Assembly (NCBI GenBank): GCA_965203905.1
Contig: CBDBDQ010000005.1
Coordinates: forward strand, 2,464,001-2,528,000
Direction: 5' to 3'
DNA: 64,000 nt
Source: Spirochaetia bacterium
Lineage (GTDB): Bacteria > Spirochaetota > Spirochaetia > SZUA-6 > Bin103
Every line of letters begins with the position of its first letter. Position 1 is the stretch's first letter. Below, one piece after another: positions 1 to 9,620 of the stretch. The translations under genes and the position numbers were made by a program. The notes beneath the pieces were generated by a model. That model was not told the DNA's origin. It saw only the letters and a program-made list of their open reading frames with translations, and ran no database searches.

Positions 1-174
1 GACATGACCCGTTCCATGCCCGAGCAGGCGCGCAGCGCGGTGCTGGAGATGATCCCCCTGAAGCGCACCGGCACCGCGATGGATGTGGCGGAGCTGATCT
101 GCTTCCTGTGCGGTGAGCGAGCTTCGTACATTACCGGGCAGGTCATTCAGGTCGACGGCGGCCTGGCGATCTGA
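1..174 (+). CDS. fabG: 3-oxoacyl-ACP reductase (SDR), 3' end only, truncated by window start
   Basis: Frame 1 reads DMTRSMPEQARSAVLEMIPLKRTGTAMDVAELICFLCGERASYITGQVIQVDGGLAI*, a typical FabG C-terminus; lies directly upstream of fabF. Confidence 0.85.
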   Translation, partial: DMTRSMPEQARSAVLEMIPLKRTGTAMDVAELICFLCGERASYITGQVIQVDGGLAI

Positions 175-245
175 GGAGACGGGGTACCGATGGTTGACGT
201 GCGATGCCTCGAAGCGATGGCTGAGGGGCGCTGGAGGAGAAGCCT

Positions 246-1493
246 ATGAGCAGGCGAGTGGTCATCACCGGCCTCGGTACGGTGAATCCGCTGGGCAAGG
301 ACACCGGCACATTCTGGCAACGGGTGCAGGCGGGGGAGTCCGGCATCGGCCCGGTGACCAGGTTCGATGCCAGTGATTTTTCCAGCCGGATAGCGGGCGA
401 GATCCCCGACTTCAGCGACCGCCACGTGCTGGAGTCGCGCGAGTCGCGGCGCATGGACCTGTTCTCGCGGTTTGCCATCGTCGCCGCGATGGAGGCGCTG
501 GGCGACGCCGGGATCGATCCGGACGGACTGGACCCGGACCGGATCGGGGTGTTGTTGGGGGTCGGCTTCGGCGGCATGGACACCCTGGAACTGGAGTTCA
601 AGCACCTGTTCGCGCGCGGACCCAAGGGCGTGCATCCGCTCCTGGTGCCGAAGATGATCAGCAACATCGCCGCCGGACACATCGCCATTCGCATCCGCGC
701 CTACGGTCCCTCCTACACCGTGGTGTCGGCGTGCGCGTCCGCCACCGACGCCATCGGCGAGTCGTATCGCTGGATCAAGGACGGCGCCACCGACATCATG
801 CTCAGCGGCGGCACCGAGGCCCCGGTGTCGTCCCTGGCTCTGGCCGGATTCTGCGTGCTGCAGGCGGTGAGCACCAAGTTCAACGACGATCCGGCACGAG
901 CCAGCCGGCCGTTCGACGGCGCTCGCGACGGCTTCGTGCTGGGCGAAGGCGCCGGGATTCTGGTATTGGAGGAGCTGGAGCACGCCCGCCGCCGCGGAGC
1001 GCCGATCTACGCGGAGCTGTCAGGATACGGCGCCACCTGCGACGCCAACCACCTGACGGCGCCCCATCCCAGGGGGCTGGGTGCCGTTACGGCCATGCGC
1101 ATGGCCCTGACCACCGGCGGCGTGCCGGCGGACGACGTCGATTACATCAACGCGCACGGCACCTCCACGCAGCTCAACGACGCCACCGAGACTGCGGCCA
1201 TCAAGCAGGTGTTCGGGGACCATGCCACCGAGCTCAAGGTGTCCTCCACCAAGTCGCAGGTGGGCCACCTGCTCGGCGCCGCCGGCGCGGTGGAGGCGGT
1301 TGCCACCGTACTCGCCATCCGCGACCAGTACTTTCCGCCCACCATCAACCACGAGCAGCCGGACCCCGCCTGCGACCTGGACTACGTCCCCAACGCGGGA
1401 CGTCCCGGAGCCATCAAGGCGGCGCTCTCCAACTCGTTCGGATTCGGCGGCCACAACGCCGTGCTGGCATTCCGCCGCTTCCAGGAGGACTGA
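246..1493 (+). CDS. fabF: beta-ketoacyl-ACP synthase II
   Basis: RRVVITGLG start, SACAS catalytic Cys, YINAHGTST, GHLLGAAG, SNSFGFGGHN; RBS GGAGGAG. Confidence 0.97.
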   Translation: MSRRVVITGLGTVNPLGKDTGTFWQRVQAGESGIGPVTRFDASDFSSRIAGEIPDFSDRHVLESRESRRMDLFSRFAIVAAMEALGDAGIDPDGLDPDRIGVLLGVGFGGMDTLELEFKHLFARGPKGVHPLLVPKMISNIAAGHIAIRIRAYGPSYTVVSACASATDAIGESYRWIKDGATDIMLSGGTEAPVSSLALAGFCVLQAVSTKFNDDPARASRPFDGARDGFVLGEGAGILVLEELEHARRRGAPIYAELSGYGATCDANHLTAPHPRGLGAVTAMRMALTTGGVPADDVDYINAHGTSTQLNDATETAAIKQVFGDHATELKVSSTKSQVGHLLGAAGAVEAVATVLAIRDQYFPPTINHEQPDPACDLDYVPNAGRPGAIKAALSNSFGFGGHNAVLAFRRFQED

Positions 1494-1583
1494 CGGGGCA
1501 CGCCCGCACGCACCTGTCGTGACCCCCGAGCCGGCGGCGGCTGCCCGCCGACCGGCCGTGCCTGCTGTTCTACACCTGCGACC

Positions 1584-1979
1584 CTACCGATCCGCTTGCG
1601 CTGGCAGGCGTTCGCCGCATTCGTGGCACAGACCGTACAGGGTGATCTCGTGGCCCTCCGTGACGAAGCCGTTCGGGGCCAGTTGCTCGATTCCCGTGGG
1701 GCAGTCCTTCACCTCCCACAGCGCGTTGCAGCTCCGGCACAGGAAGTGGTGGTGGTGCGGCTTCCCGGCGCGTTCGTAGCGCGCCGGCTCACCGGGAACC
1801 TCCACCGGCCGCAGCCAGCCCGCCTCCACCAGGTCGCGGATGGCGCGGTACACGGTGGCGATGCCGATGCGCGGCAGCCGCGTGCGCGCCCCCTGGTACA
1901 GTTCCGCCGGGCTCAACGGCCGGTCAGCGGCCTCTACGACGGCGCGGATCGCACTGCGCTGCCGGGTAACTCGTTCCAT
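1584..1979 (-). CDS. Fur-family transcriptional regulator
   Basis: TRQR, GIATVYR helix, HHHHFLCRSC and terminal CxxC. Confidence 0.92.
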   Translation of the reverse strand: MERVTRQRSAIRAVVEAADRPLSPAELYQGARTRLPRIGIATVYRAIRDLVEAGWLRPVEVPGEPARYERAGKPHHHHFLCRSCNALWEVKDCPTGIEQLAPNGFVTEGHEITLYGLCHECGERLPAQADR

Positions 1980-2036
1980 GGGTCTGGCGCAAGGGTAGCA
2001 TGACAGGCCGCTGCGCGGGGGCAGCCGGTCCGGGGC

Positions 2037-2879
2037 CTACCCCTCGACCGACTCCTTGATCGCGGCCCGGTCGGCGGCAGCCCACTCGGCCCAGCGTGTT
2101 TCGTCGTCGGTCAGGAACCCCGAGTTGCAGCGTGGTTGCAGTTGCAGGTCCTCGCCGAGGAGCCGCATCTGGCGGTGATCGTTGCGCGCCCTGGCCCGCT
2201 CCAGCAGCTCCTGGGTACGTGGTCCGCGGTGCGTGTCCGTGTGCTTCAGCCAACTGAGGTTGTAGAAGATGCTGAAGAAGTAGCGGACGTTGCCGGAAGT
2301 GTTGGGGGTGCCGGAGTGGATCAGGTCGCCGTGGGTCACGCACAGGTCGCCGGCCGTCAGGCGCAGCACCGTCTCCTCCGGATGCGGAAGGTTGCGCCGC
2401 TCCTCCGGGATGGTGAGTCCGCGCCGATGCGACCCCTCGATCACGCGCAGCGGCCCGTACTCGTCGCTCAGGTCCTGCAGGTAGGCGATGGCGTTGATGG
2501 CGTTGGGACGCTGGTAGGCGGACCCGCGCGGCACCTGGCCCCAGCGGTCGCGGTGCCAACCCGACACCTTGCCGTCGGCCTCGGCCTCCGGCACCGAGCG
2601 GAAGCCGGCGAGGGTGAGATTGTCGAGTTGCACGAACGGACCCATCACCAGTTCCGCGAAGTCGAGCAGGGCGGGGTGCGAGACCGCCGGCCAGAACAGC
2701 CTGGGGGCGTACTCGAGGGTATTGCGCAACCACCACTCGCCGTACTCGGCATGCATTTCGTCGAGCTTGTCACGCCACGCGGCCATCTGCCGCTCGCCGT
2801 AGAACTGCGGAAACACGGTGTAGCCACGTTCCTTGTAGAGGGCGACGTGGTCCGCGTACTCCCCGTAGTCGACCGCCAT
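2037..2879 (-). CDS. phytanoyl-CoA dioxygenase (PhyH)-family Fe(II)/2-oxoglutarate dioxygenase
   Basis: WHRD...GPLRVIEGSH...LIHSGTPNTS..R, i.e. the HxD...H facial triad plus the 2OG-binding Arg. Confidence 0.88.
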   Translation of the reverse strand: MAVDYGEYADHVALYKERGYTVFPQFYGERQMAAWRDKLDEMHAEYGEWWLRNTLEYAPRLFWPAVSHPALLDFAELVMGPFVQLDNLTLAGFRSVPEAEADGKVSGWHRDRWGQVPRGSAYQRPNAINAIAYLQDLSDEYGPLRVIEGSHRRGLTIPEERRNLPHPEETVLRLTAGDLCVTHGDLIHSGTPNTSGNVRYFFSIFYNLSWLKHTDTHRGPRTQELLERARARNDHRQMRLLGEDLQLQPRCNSGFLTDDETRWAEWAAADRAAIKESVEG

Positions 2880-2918
2880 TGATCTGCTCCTTGATTCGAG
2901 CGCTGAGATGCCGACGCC

Positions 2919-4802
2919 CTATTTCACCGTCGTGTCGGCGCCATCCTCGGTGCTGGCGACACTGGCGCTGACCTCCGTGACACCGCCGTCCTCGGCACTG
3001 TCACCGTTGCCGCTGCCGTCCGTGACTGCGCCGTCCCCGGTGCTGCCACCGTTGCCGCTGCGGTCCGTGCCTGCCCCATCCTTGGCCCCACCGTCCCGCG
3101 TGACGTCGAGCGCTTGCGTCAGGCCGCGGACGCTCGACGGGTCGAGTCCGAGTTCGCTGAGCAGCGTATCGAGCAGGGGCGCCTGCGCGCGATACCGCAG
3201 CGCGCTGTTGACGATCTGGTCGGCGAGATTGCCGCCGCCATCCACAGCCCCGGAAGCGGCGCCGTTGCCGGCCAGGCCGTCGACCTGGAATATCTTGATG
3301 CCGTCGATCCGCTCCATTGGCTTCACGCTCTGGCGGATGATGTCGGGCAGGTGTTCAATCAGTGCCATGCGTACCTGCATGGAGATCTGCTCGTCGGAAA
3401 GCAGATTGTCAGCCTCGTGTGCTCTGCGCTTGCCTTCGGCGTCCACCGCGTACCTGCGCTCCGCCGCGTTCGCCTGCAGGACCTCTGCGTCGGCGATGCC
3501 CTGAGCCCCGATCCGCTGCTTGTCGGCTTCCGCTTGCGCGGTCGTGCGTACGGCCTCCGCTCTGTCGAGCGCGGCACGTTTTTCCGCTTCGGCGGCCACC
3601 TCGATGGCAATGGCTTCCCTCTCCGCGGCCTTGCGGGCATCGACCAGCTCTACCTGCTTGGTGCGCTCGGCGACCTCCACATCGCGCGCCGTGCCCACCC
3701 GTTCTTCCTCACGCACCGCCGAGCTGCGCGCCTGGTTCGCCGCGCTCTCGGCCTCGGATTGCGCCTTCGACCGTTCGGCGACCGCGATGGTGCGGTCCTG
3801 GTCGGCAAGTTCGATGGTCTTCCTCTGTTCGATCCGTGACGTCTCGACCAGTCGATCGCGTTCGATCTCGCGGTTGCTCACCGCCTGTTGCCTGGCGATG
3901 CGTTGTTCCTCCACGGTACGTTCGGCGTCGATATTGGCGATCTCCACCTGCCGCTTGGCCTGAATCTCGGCTTCCTGAGCGTCGCGGTTCTTGGATGCCT
4001 CCTCGATGGCAATTTCGGCGCTCTGGTCCGCCTTGCGGATCGCGATCTCTCGTTCCTGGGCGAGCTGCGCATATTGCTGGTCGCGCTCGATGTCGAGTTT
4101 CAGGCGTTCGGCGCCCAGGTTCTTCTTGCGCACCTCCACCTCGGTGTCCTGTTCGATCTCGTTGCGCGTCTTGCGGCGGGACTCGATGGCCTCGGTCAAG
4201 CGCGTGAGGCCCTCTGCGTCGAAGGCGTTCTTGGGGTTGAAGTGCTCCACGCTCGTCTGATCGAGGCCGGTGAGCGACACCGACTCCAGCTCGAGACCGT
4301 TCTTGAGCAGATCCTCGGACACCACCTGTTGCACCTTCTGCACGAAGTCGACCCGTTTCTCGTGCAGTTCCTCCATTGCCATCTCGGCGGCCACGGCGCG
4401 TAGCGCATCGACGAACTTGCCCTCCACCAGCACCTTGAGCTGATCCGGCTTGGTGGTCTTCAGGCCGAGAGTCTGCGCCGCGTTGGCGATCGATTCGGCA
4501 GTGGGTTTGGCGCGTACGTAGAACTCCGCGGTAACGTCGACGCGCATGCGGTCATGGGTGATCAGCGCCTGCTCGTTGGCACGTCTCACCTCCAGCCGCA
4601 GCGTGTTCATGTTCACGGGAATCACCTCATGCAGAATCGGCAGCACCAGGGCCCCGCCGTTGATGATCACCTTCTGACCGCCCATTCCGGTGCGCACGAA
4701 GGACACCTCTTTGGAGGCACGCCGGTACAGGCGGGCCGTAATCAGGCCGAGGGCCAGCAACGCCACTACGACGATGCCGACGAGAATCAGTATGTCGGTC
4801 AT
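2919..4802 (-). CDS. flotillin/SPFH-domain inner membrane protein (YqiK-like)
   Basis: N-terminal TM helix, VRTGMGG..V, SPFH domain, FNPKNAFDAEG, long AE/KR coiled coil, VKPMERIDGIKI. Confidence 0.93.
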   Translation of the reverse strand: MTDILILVGIVVVALLALGLITARLYRRASKEVSFVRTGMGGQKVIINGGALVLPILHEVIPVNMNTLRLEVRRANEQALITHDRMRVDVTAEFYVRAKPTAESIANAAQTLGLKTTKPDQLKVLVEGKFVDALRAVAAEMAMEELHEKRVDFVQKVQQVVSEDLLKNGLELESVSLTGLDQTSVEHFNPKNAFDAEGLTRLTEAIESRRKTRNEIEQDTEVEVRKKNLGAERLKLDIERDQQYAQLAQEREIAIRKADQSAEIAIEEASKNRDAQEAEIQAKRQVEIANIDAERTVEEQRIARQQAVSNREIERDRLVETSRIEQRKTIELADQDRTIAVAERSKAQSEAESAANQARSSAVREEERVGTARDVEVAERTKQVELVDARKAAEREAIAIEVAAEAEKRAALDRAEAVRTTAQAEADKQRIGAQGIADAEVLQANAAERRYAVDAEGKRRAHEADNLLSDEQISMQVRMALIEHLPDIIRQSVKPMERIDGIKIFQVDGLAGNGAASGAVDGGGNLADQIVNSALRYRAQAPLLDTLLSELGLDPSSVRGLTQALDVTRDGGAKDGAGTDRSGNGGSTGDGAVTDGSGNGDSAEDGGVTEVSASVASTEDGADTTVK

Positions 4803-4815
4803 GACTTCTTCTCCT

Positions 4816-5490
4816 TCAGGTAGAGTCTTCGATCAGCTCCCGTGCAAGGTCGATCACGGCGAAACGACTGTTCAGCCGGCGGATGATCAGCACCTCCTTG
4901 GGCGCCGAGAACGAGGCCTGCGGGTCATCGGGCTCGACCATGACGTAGTGGGTGTGGCCGTGTACGTCGCGCAGCCTGGCCTCAGCGGGTTCGCCGTGGC
5001 GTGCCGTGCCCAAGGTGATGGTGGCAACCGAGCCGATGAAGGAGTCCGCCGTTACGGCGTCGGTCTCGTCCATCGGGACGATGCGGGCGATCACGCCGCC
5101 CGCCGCGCGTAACGCCGGCAGGGAACCCGCGAGCACCACGGGCACGGCGATCGCCGGGGACAGGTACCAGCCAAGGGCGCCCATGGCCAGGCGCTGCAGC
5201 AGCAATCCGCCGAGGCCGAAGATCGTCAGGAACGCAACGAGCAGCATCAGCACCGGAACCTGCCCCACCCGCAGCCACGCCAGCGCCTTCGCGAACGGGG
5301 TGACCATGGCTTCGCTCGCGTCGAGCTCGAGGTTTGCGTCCACGTCGGTGTTCGGCAGGAGGGTCTGCAGGTGTTCGGAGACGCTCGCGCCGAGCACCGC
5401 CCCCGCCCCTTCCACCGCGGCGACCAGCAGCATCACCCCGAGTGCCGCCGTGAAGGCGACATTGCCGGCGTGCAGCACGGCTTCGACCAT
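4816..5490 (-). CDS. YqiJ/NfeD-like membrane protein with C-terminal OB fold
   Basis: Start moved to ATG 5490 (MVEAVL); WLRVGQVPVLMLL; ITLGTARHGEPAEARLRDVHGHTHYVMVEPD; paired with the flotillin. Confidence 0.88.
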   Translation of the reverse strand: MVEAVLHAGNVAFTAALGVMLLVAAVEGAGAVLGASVSEHLQTLLPNTDVDANLELDASEAMVTPFAKALAWLRVGQVPVLMLLVAFLTIFGLGGLLLQRLAMGALGWYLSPAIAVPVVLAGSLPALRAAGGVIARIVPMDETDAVTADSFIGSVATITLGTARHGEPAEARLRDVHGHTHYVMVEPDDPQASFSAPKEVLIIRRLNSRFAVIDLARELIEDST

Positions 5491-5820
5491 CACGCGGTCG
5501 CGTAAGCGGCGGCCGGCCGCCGGGCGCGGCGGTAGCGGCGCCCGCGAGTCGGCCCGTTCTCCGGCGCTGCATCCGGCCAATCGTTGTCCGCGTGGCTTGC
5601 AAGCGGTGCAACGGGTGTCACTGGCGTGTTCGCCAACACGATGTGTCCTCCGGCTGGTGGCATCCGCCTACCGGCGAGTGCGTACCGCTGCGGTTGTATA
5701 CCCGCGACCTCGCGATGTCAACTTTGCCTTCGGCGCAGCGCTGCTCGGCTCCGGGCGGGCCTCCACCGAGCTGTTGTGGCGGTGCGGCCGATTGGGTAAG
5801 GTCGCGCCACCGTGGGAGAC

Positions 5821-7494
5821 GTGAGCGACACGCTGGTCCGCCTCGTGCGCGAGGCGGTGCAACAGGAGGTGGAGGTGCCGCTGTCCAGACCACCGGACAG
5901 CGCCATGGGCGACTACGCGGTGCCCTGCTTCCGGCTGGCCCGCGAGGTGGGCACGCCCCCGGTGCCGCTGGCGCAACAGATCCGCGACCACCTCCGGCAG
6001 CGCGACCTGGCGGCGTTGGGCATCGCCGGGGTCGAGGCACACGGACCCTACCTGAACGTATTTCTGGCCAAGGGCGACCTGGCGGAGCGGGTGATCGGCG
6101 AAATCCTCGAGGCGGGCGCCGGCTACGGAGCACGTGGCACCGGACTCGGCAAGCGTGCGCTGGTGGAACACACCAGCATAAATCCCAACGCGCCGCCGCA
6201 CCTGGGCCGCGCCCGCAACGCCTGGATCGGCGACACCCTGGTACGCCTGCTGCGCTTCGAGGGGTACGCCCTGGAGGCACGCTTCTTCGTCAACGACGTG
6301 GGCCGCCAGATCGCGCTGCTGGTCCTCGGGGTCGGCGACCGCCGTCCCGACTTCCACGAGTTGTTGGAGATCTACGTTGCAACCAACCGGCGCCTGGAGC
6401 AGGACGCGGGGCTGGAACGCGAAGTGAACCTGCTGCTGGAACGGCTGGAGAGCGGCGACCCGGAGCCCCGCGCCGCCTTTCGGCGCGTGGTCGAGATCTC
6501 CGTGCACGGCATGCGCGAGCTGTTCGGTGACGCGGGCGTGCGCTACGACCGCTTCGACTACGAGTCGGACTACCTGACGCCGGAGCGCCACCGGCAGATC
6601 GTGGACGAGCTACGGGCCACCGGCAAGCTGTTCGAGGACGAGCACGGCCGGCTGGTGCTCGACCTGGAGGGCTTCAGGCTGCCCTCACGCAACCCGGTGC
6701 TGGTGATCACCCGCGGCAACAAGACCTCGCTCTACGTGCTGCGCGACATCGCCTACACCCTGGACAAGATGGCCGCCGCCTCCGATCTCAACCTGGTGGT
6801 GCTGGGCGAAGACCAGAAACTGTATCACCGGCAACTCCAGGCAGCCCTCAAGCTGCTGGGATCGGCTGCCCCCGACCCGGTGCATTACAGCTTCGTGCTG
6901 TTGGGCAAGGGCTCGATGTCCACCCGCCAGGGCAACCTCGTGCTGTTGGAAGAGTTCGTTGCCGAGGCCAAGCGCAAGGCCAGCGCCGAGTTGGGCGCGC
7001 GCGGCCATGCGGACGACCCCGCGGTGGCGCGGGCGGTGGCGTACAGCGCGCTGAAGTATTCGTTCCTGAAGGTCGCCAACGACAAGCAGGTGCTGTTCGA
7101 CTGGGACAAGGCCATGGCCTTCGAGGGAGAGAGCGGCCCCTACCTGCTCTACAGCCACGCCCGCATCTGCTCCATTCTGCGCAAGTACGGCAAGCCGCTC
7201 CCCGCCACCGCGGAGTTCGCCGTGCTGGAGGCCGGCGAGGAATCGGAGTTGCTGAAGCTGCTGGCGGAGTTGCCGGATCAGGTCGCGCGCGCGCTGCGGG
7301 TGCGCAGCCCGCACGTGATCGCCGGGTACACCTTTGCCGTGGCGCGGCAGTGCTCCACCTTCTATCATGCCTGCCCGATCCTGCAGGCGGCCTCTCCGTT
7401 GCGCGAGGCGCGGTTGCTGCTGGCGGCGGCGACGCGTCAGGTGCTGGCCAACTGCCTCGGCCTGATGGGAATCGACGCGCTGGAGCAGATGTAG
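5821..7494 (+). CDS. argS: arginine--tRNA ligase
   Basis: VEHTSINPN..HLGRARN (HIGH), MSTRQG (KMSKS-like), GESGPYLLYSHARICSI, DALR domain; GTG start with GGAGA RBS. Confidence 0.96.
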   Translation: MSDTLVRLVREAVQQEVEVPLSRPPDSAMGDYAVPCFRLAREVGTPPVPLAQQIRDHLRQRDLAALGIAGVEAHGPYLNVFLAKGDLAERVIGEILEAGAGYGARGTGLGKRALVEHTSINPNAPPHLGRARNAWIGDTLVRLLRFEGYALEARFFVNDVGRQIALLVLGVGDRRPDFHELLEIYVATNRRLEQDAGLEREVNLLLERLESGDPEPRAAFRRVVEISVHGMRELFGDAGVRYDRFDYESDYLTPERHRQIVDELRATGKLFEDEHGRLVLDLEGFRLPSRNPVLVITRGNKTSLYVLRDIAYTLDKMAAASDLNLVVLGEDQKLYHRQLQAALKLLGSAAPDPVHYSFVLLGKGSMSTRQGNLVLLEEFVAEAKRKASAELGARGHADDPAVARAVAYSALKYSFLKVANDKQVLFDWDKAMAFEGESGPYLLYSHARICSILRKYGKPLPATAEFAVLEAGEESELLKLLAELPDQVARALRVRSPHVIAGYTFAVARQCSTFYHACPILQAASPLREARLLLAAATRQVLANCLGLMGIDALEQM

Positions 7495-7517
7495 GCGGAA
7501 CTGGTCGGCGAATTCGA

Positions 7518-7601
7518 TGCCGGCGCTCGGACTCGAACCGAGACGGTGTTGCCACCACCAGATTTTGAGTCTGGCATGTCTACCAATTTCATCACACCGG
7601 C
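7518..7601 (-). tRNA. tRNA-Leu(CAA), CCA not encoded
   Basis: Reverse complement GCCGGTGTGATGAAATTGGTAGACATGCCAGACTCAAAATCTGGTGGTGGCAACACCGTCTCGGTTCGAGTCCGAGCGCCGGCA folds as a cloverleaf with a long variable arm and anticodon CAA. Confidence 0.97.
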
Positions 7602-7616
7602 TTGGTAGGCCGTTCA

Positions 7617-7646
7617 ACACTAAGGATTCCTTGGGCCTCCTGTCAA
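7617..7646 (-). promoter_or_regulatory. candidate sigma70 promoter of tRNA-Leu
   Basis: Minus strand TTGACA-N18-TAGTGT, about 15 nt upstream of the tRNA 5' end. Confidence 0.55.
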
Positions 7647-7782
7647 TTGGTGGCAGGTCGATCAGGTCGATCGATGCAGCGATTCCCGATGAACGCCCGC
7701 TGGTAGCGCCCCTTGTCTGATAGGTGGAGATGGGCTGATAGGCTGAGATTGGCGTGAGTGCGGGCTCGTGTGCAATGCGGGA

Positions 7783-8295
7783 CTACCGGCTTGGCCTAAC
7801 GAGATGATCCAACCGATTGGAGACCTCGTGTTGAGGCAGGAAGACCGTGGCGTCGTCTTGCCAGGTCTTTAGCGCATGGATCAGCAGCGATCTGGCGCAG
7901 CCTCCGGCTGCGGCCAGTTCGTCGACGATCCAAAGCACACCGTGCACGCGCAGGCCGCTGTCGGTAGCGACCCTACGGAGCAGAGCGTCGCCGGTTAGCA
8001 GGATGCCGCACTGAGTGAGTGCCGTGACGATGCATAGGCTATCGTTGGCGGAAAGGGCGGGATGTCGCTGTTTGAGTGCGAGGGCTTGAGCGACTTCGTC
8101 TGGTGCCAAGTCGTGAGTGATCATCCCGGCATCGTCGAGCTGTCGCCACTGCCCATAGGAGAAATCAAGGATTTCGGACTCCCGCACAGGCAGCGGGACG
8201 ACGAACCGGTACGGCAGATTGCAGAGCACTTCCAGTAGACCTCCTTTGCGGAGGTCGATGAGGCAGGAAGCGTCGTTGACGACGACGCGCGTCAT
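7783..8295 (-). CDS. PIN-domain (VapC/DUF3368-like) putative ribonuclease
   Basis: VVVNDASCLIDL, ESE, LSAND, LLTGDALLR acidic PIN pattern; ATGA overlap with the upstream gene. Confidence 0.85.
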   Translation of the reverse strand: MTRVVVNDASCLIDLRKGGLLEVLCNLPYRFVVPLPVRESEILDFSYGQWRQLDDAGMITHDLAPDEVAQALALKQRHPALSANDSLCIVTALTQCGILLTGDALLRRVATDSGLRVHGVLWIVDELAAAGGCARSLLIHALKTWQDDATVFLPQHEVSNRLDHLVRPSR

Positions 8296-9371
8296 TCAGT
8301 CGTCGGACCGCTGATTTCTCGCTCGACGGAGTCGAGGGTCTGGTTGAGAAGCGCAGCGGCACGCACGGGCGAGATCAGCCCTTCGCCAACGGCGCGTGCG
8401 ACCAAGCGCTTGAAACGTCGGGGCTTTTCGAAGGCCGCGAACCCGTGGTCGGGGCGGATAGGTTCGGGTTCCGTCTTGCGCCAGGGGCGCGCGAAAGTCG
8501 CGAATGCCTGCTGGACGGTGGCAGGAGGCAGGACACCGACCTGCCCGAGGCGCATCAGCATGGTCGCCGCCGACACGCCGTAGGTGTGCTTGAGCCGGAT
8601 AGTCTCGTAGTAGGTAATGCGGCGACGGGCGGCACCGACTTCCCCCAGGAGACGCTGACGTGGAACGAGAAAGGCACCAGCGAAGCGATTCATCGCCGTC
8701 TCAAGCGTTATTGCCGGGTTGCCGGTGGAGCGGATGACCCTGTGTGCGAGCTCGTGGGCAAGGGTGAAGCGTTTGCGCTCGACATTGATCCGGTTCGAGA
8801 CGACGACCGCCTCGGCGACCGACCTGCCACCCCGGAGCACGTGGCACGCCAAGCCATTGATGCTCTCGGGAAGATCATCCACGACTACCTTGATGCCCTT
8901 GTCTTCAAGGAGTTCGCACAGGCTGGGAATGGGATCCATGCCAAGACTCCATGCGTCGCGGAGCTCGTCGGCTTTGTTGTCGATCTGTACTTCAGCCGCG
9001 ACGCTGTCGCAGCGGCGACCCTCGGCCCAATCGACGGTTGCCGGCATGTCGAGGATGTCCTCGATTGCCAGGTAACGCTCGAGGTTGTCTATCAAGATCG
9101 CCTCGGCCTTCGCCCGGTCGCGAGCAGAGGCTTTGGAATGCTTGCGAAACTCCAGCCCGTCGAGGGTCTCGACCTGCGCGCTCATAAGGAAGTCCAGTGA
9201 CACGTTGAGGGTCTTTCCGAGCGCGACCAGCACGGCCGACGAGGGCAGCATCTTGCCTGCCTCATATTTGCTGATGGCCTGAGCCGTGACCCTTGGGGTC
9301 ATCTGCTCTGCGAGTGACCGCATGGATAAACCGGCCCGTCTGCGGGCGAGCCGGAGTCGTTGTCCAAACAT
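8292..9371 (-). CDS. XRE-family HTH fused to ImmA/IrrE (DUF955) Zn metallopeptidase
   Basis: FGQRLRLARRRAGLS...ISKYEAGK HTH; ERKRFTLAHELAH (HExxH); ETAMNRFAGAFLVP. Confidence 0.93.
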   Translation of the reverse strand: MFGQRLRLARRRAGLSMRSLAEQMTPRVTAQAISKYEAGKMLPSSAVLVALGKTLNVSLDFLMSAQVETLDGLEFRKHSKASARDRAKAEAILIDNLERYLAIEDILDMPATVDWAEGRRCDSVAAEVQIDNKADELRDAWSLGMDPIPSLCELLEDKGIKVVVDDLPESINGLACHVLRGGRSVAEAVVVSNRINVERKRFTLAHELAHRVIRSTGNPAITLETAMNRFAGAFLVPRQRLLGEVGAARRRITYYETIRLKHTYGVSAATMLMRLGQVGVLPPATVQQAFATFARPWRKTEPEPIRPDHGFAAFEKPRRFKRLVARAVGEGLISPVRAAALLNQTLDSVEREISGPTTE

Positions 9372-9384
9372 GCGCTACCCTCCG

Positions 9385-9535
9385 TCATTCCCCTGAATGA
9401 TAACCTTACAGGATGGACGTTGAATAGATCGTTGCAAAGTAAGGACTTATGTTCGTATCGATCGCAGACGGAACGGGACACGCGAAGCTTGGTTGACAGA
9501 TCATTGAGATATAATGATATTGTAAACCTAAGGTT
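9385..9535. promoter_or_regulatory. divergent promoter/operator region
   Basis: AT-rich; TTGACA 9493-9498, TATAAT 9510-9515, TGaTATTGT 9515-9523; two TCATT-N6/7-AATGATA inverted repeats. Confidence 0.5.
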
Positions 9536-9620
9536 GATGCAACGCGCCAGCGCCGATAGCTGAGGCCTCGTATATGGACGTGGTGTGTCGGATAGGAGAC
9601 GAGAGTCGGAGGAGACTGGA

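Noticed and set aside
9493-9515. Perfect TTGACA and TATAAT as a single sigma70 promoter
   Set aside because: Spacer is only 11 bp; they cannot pair, though TTGACA could use the downstream TATTGT
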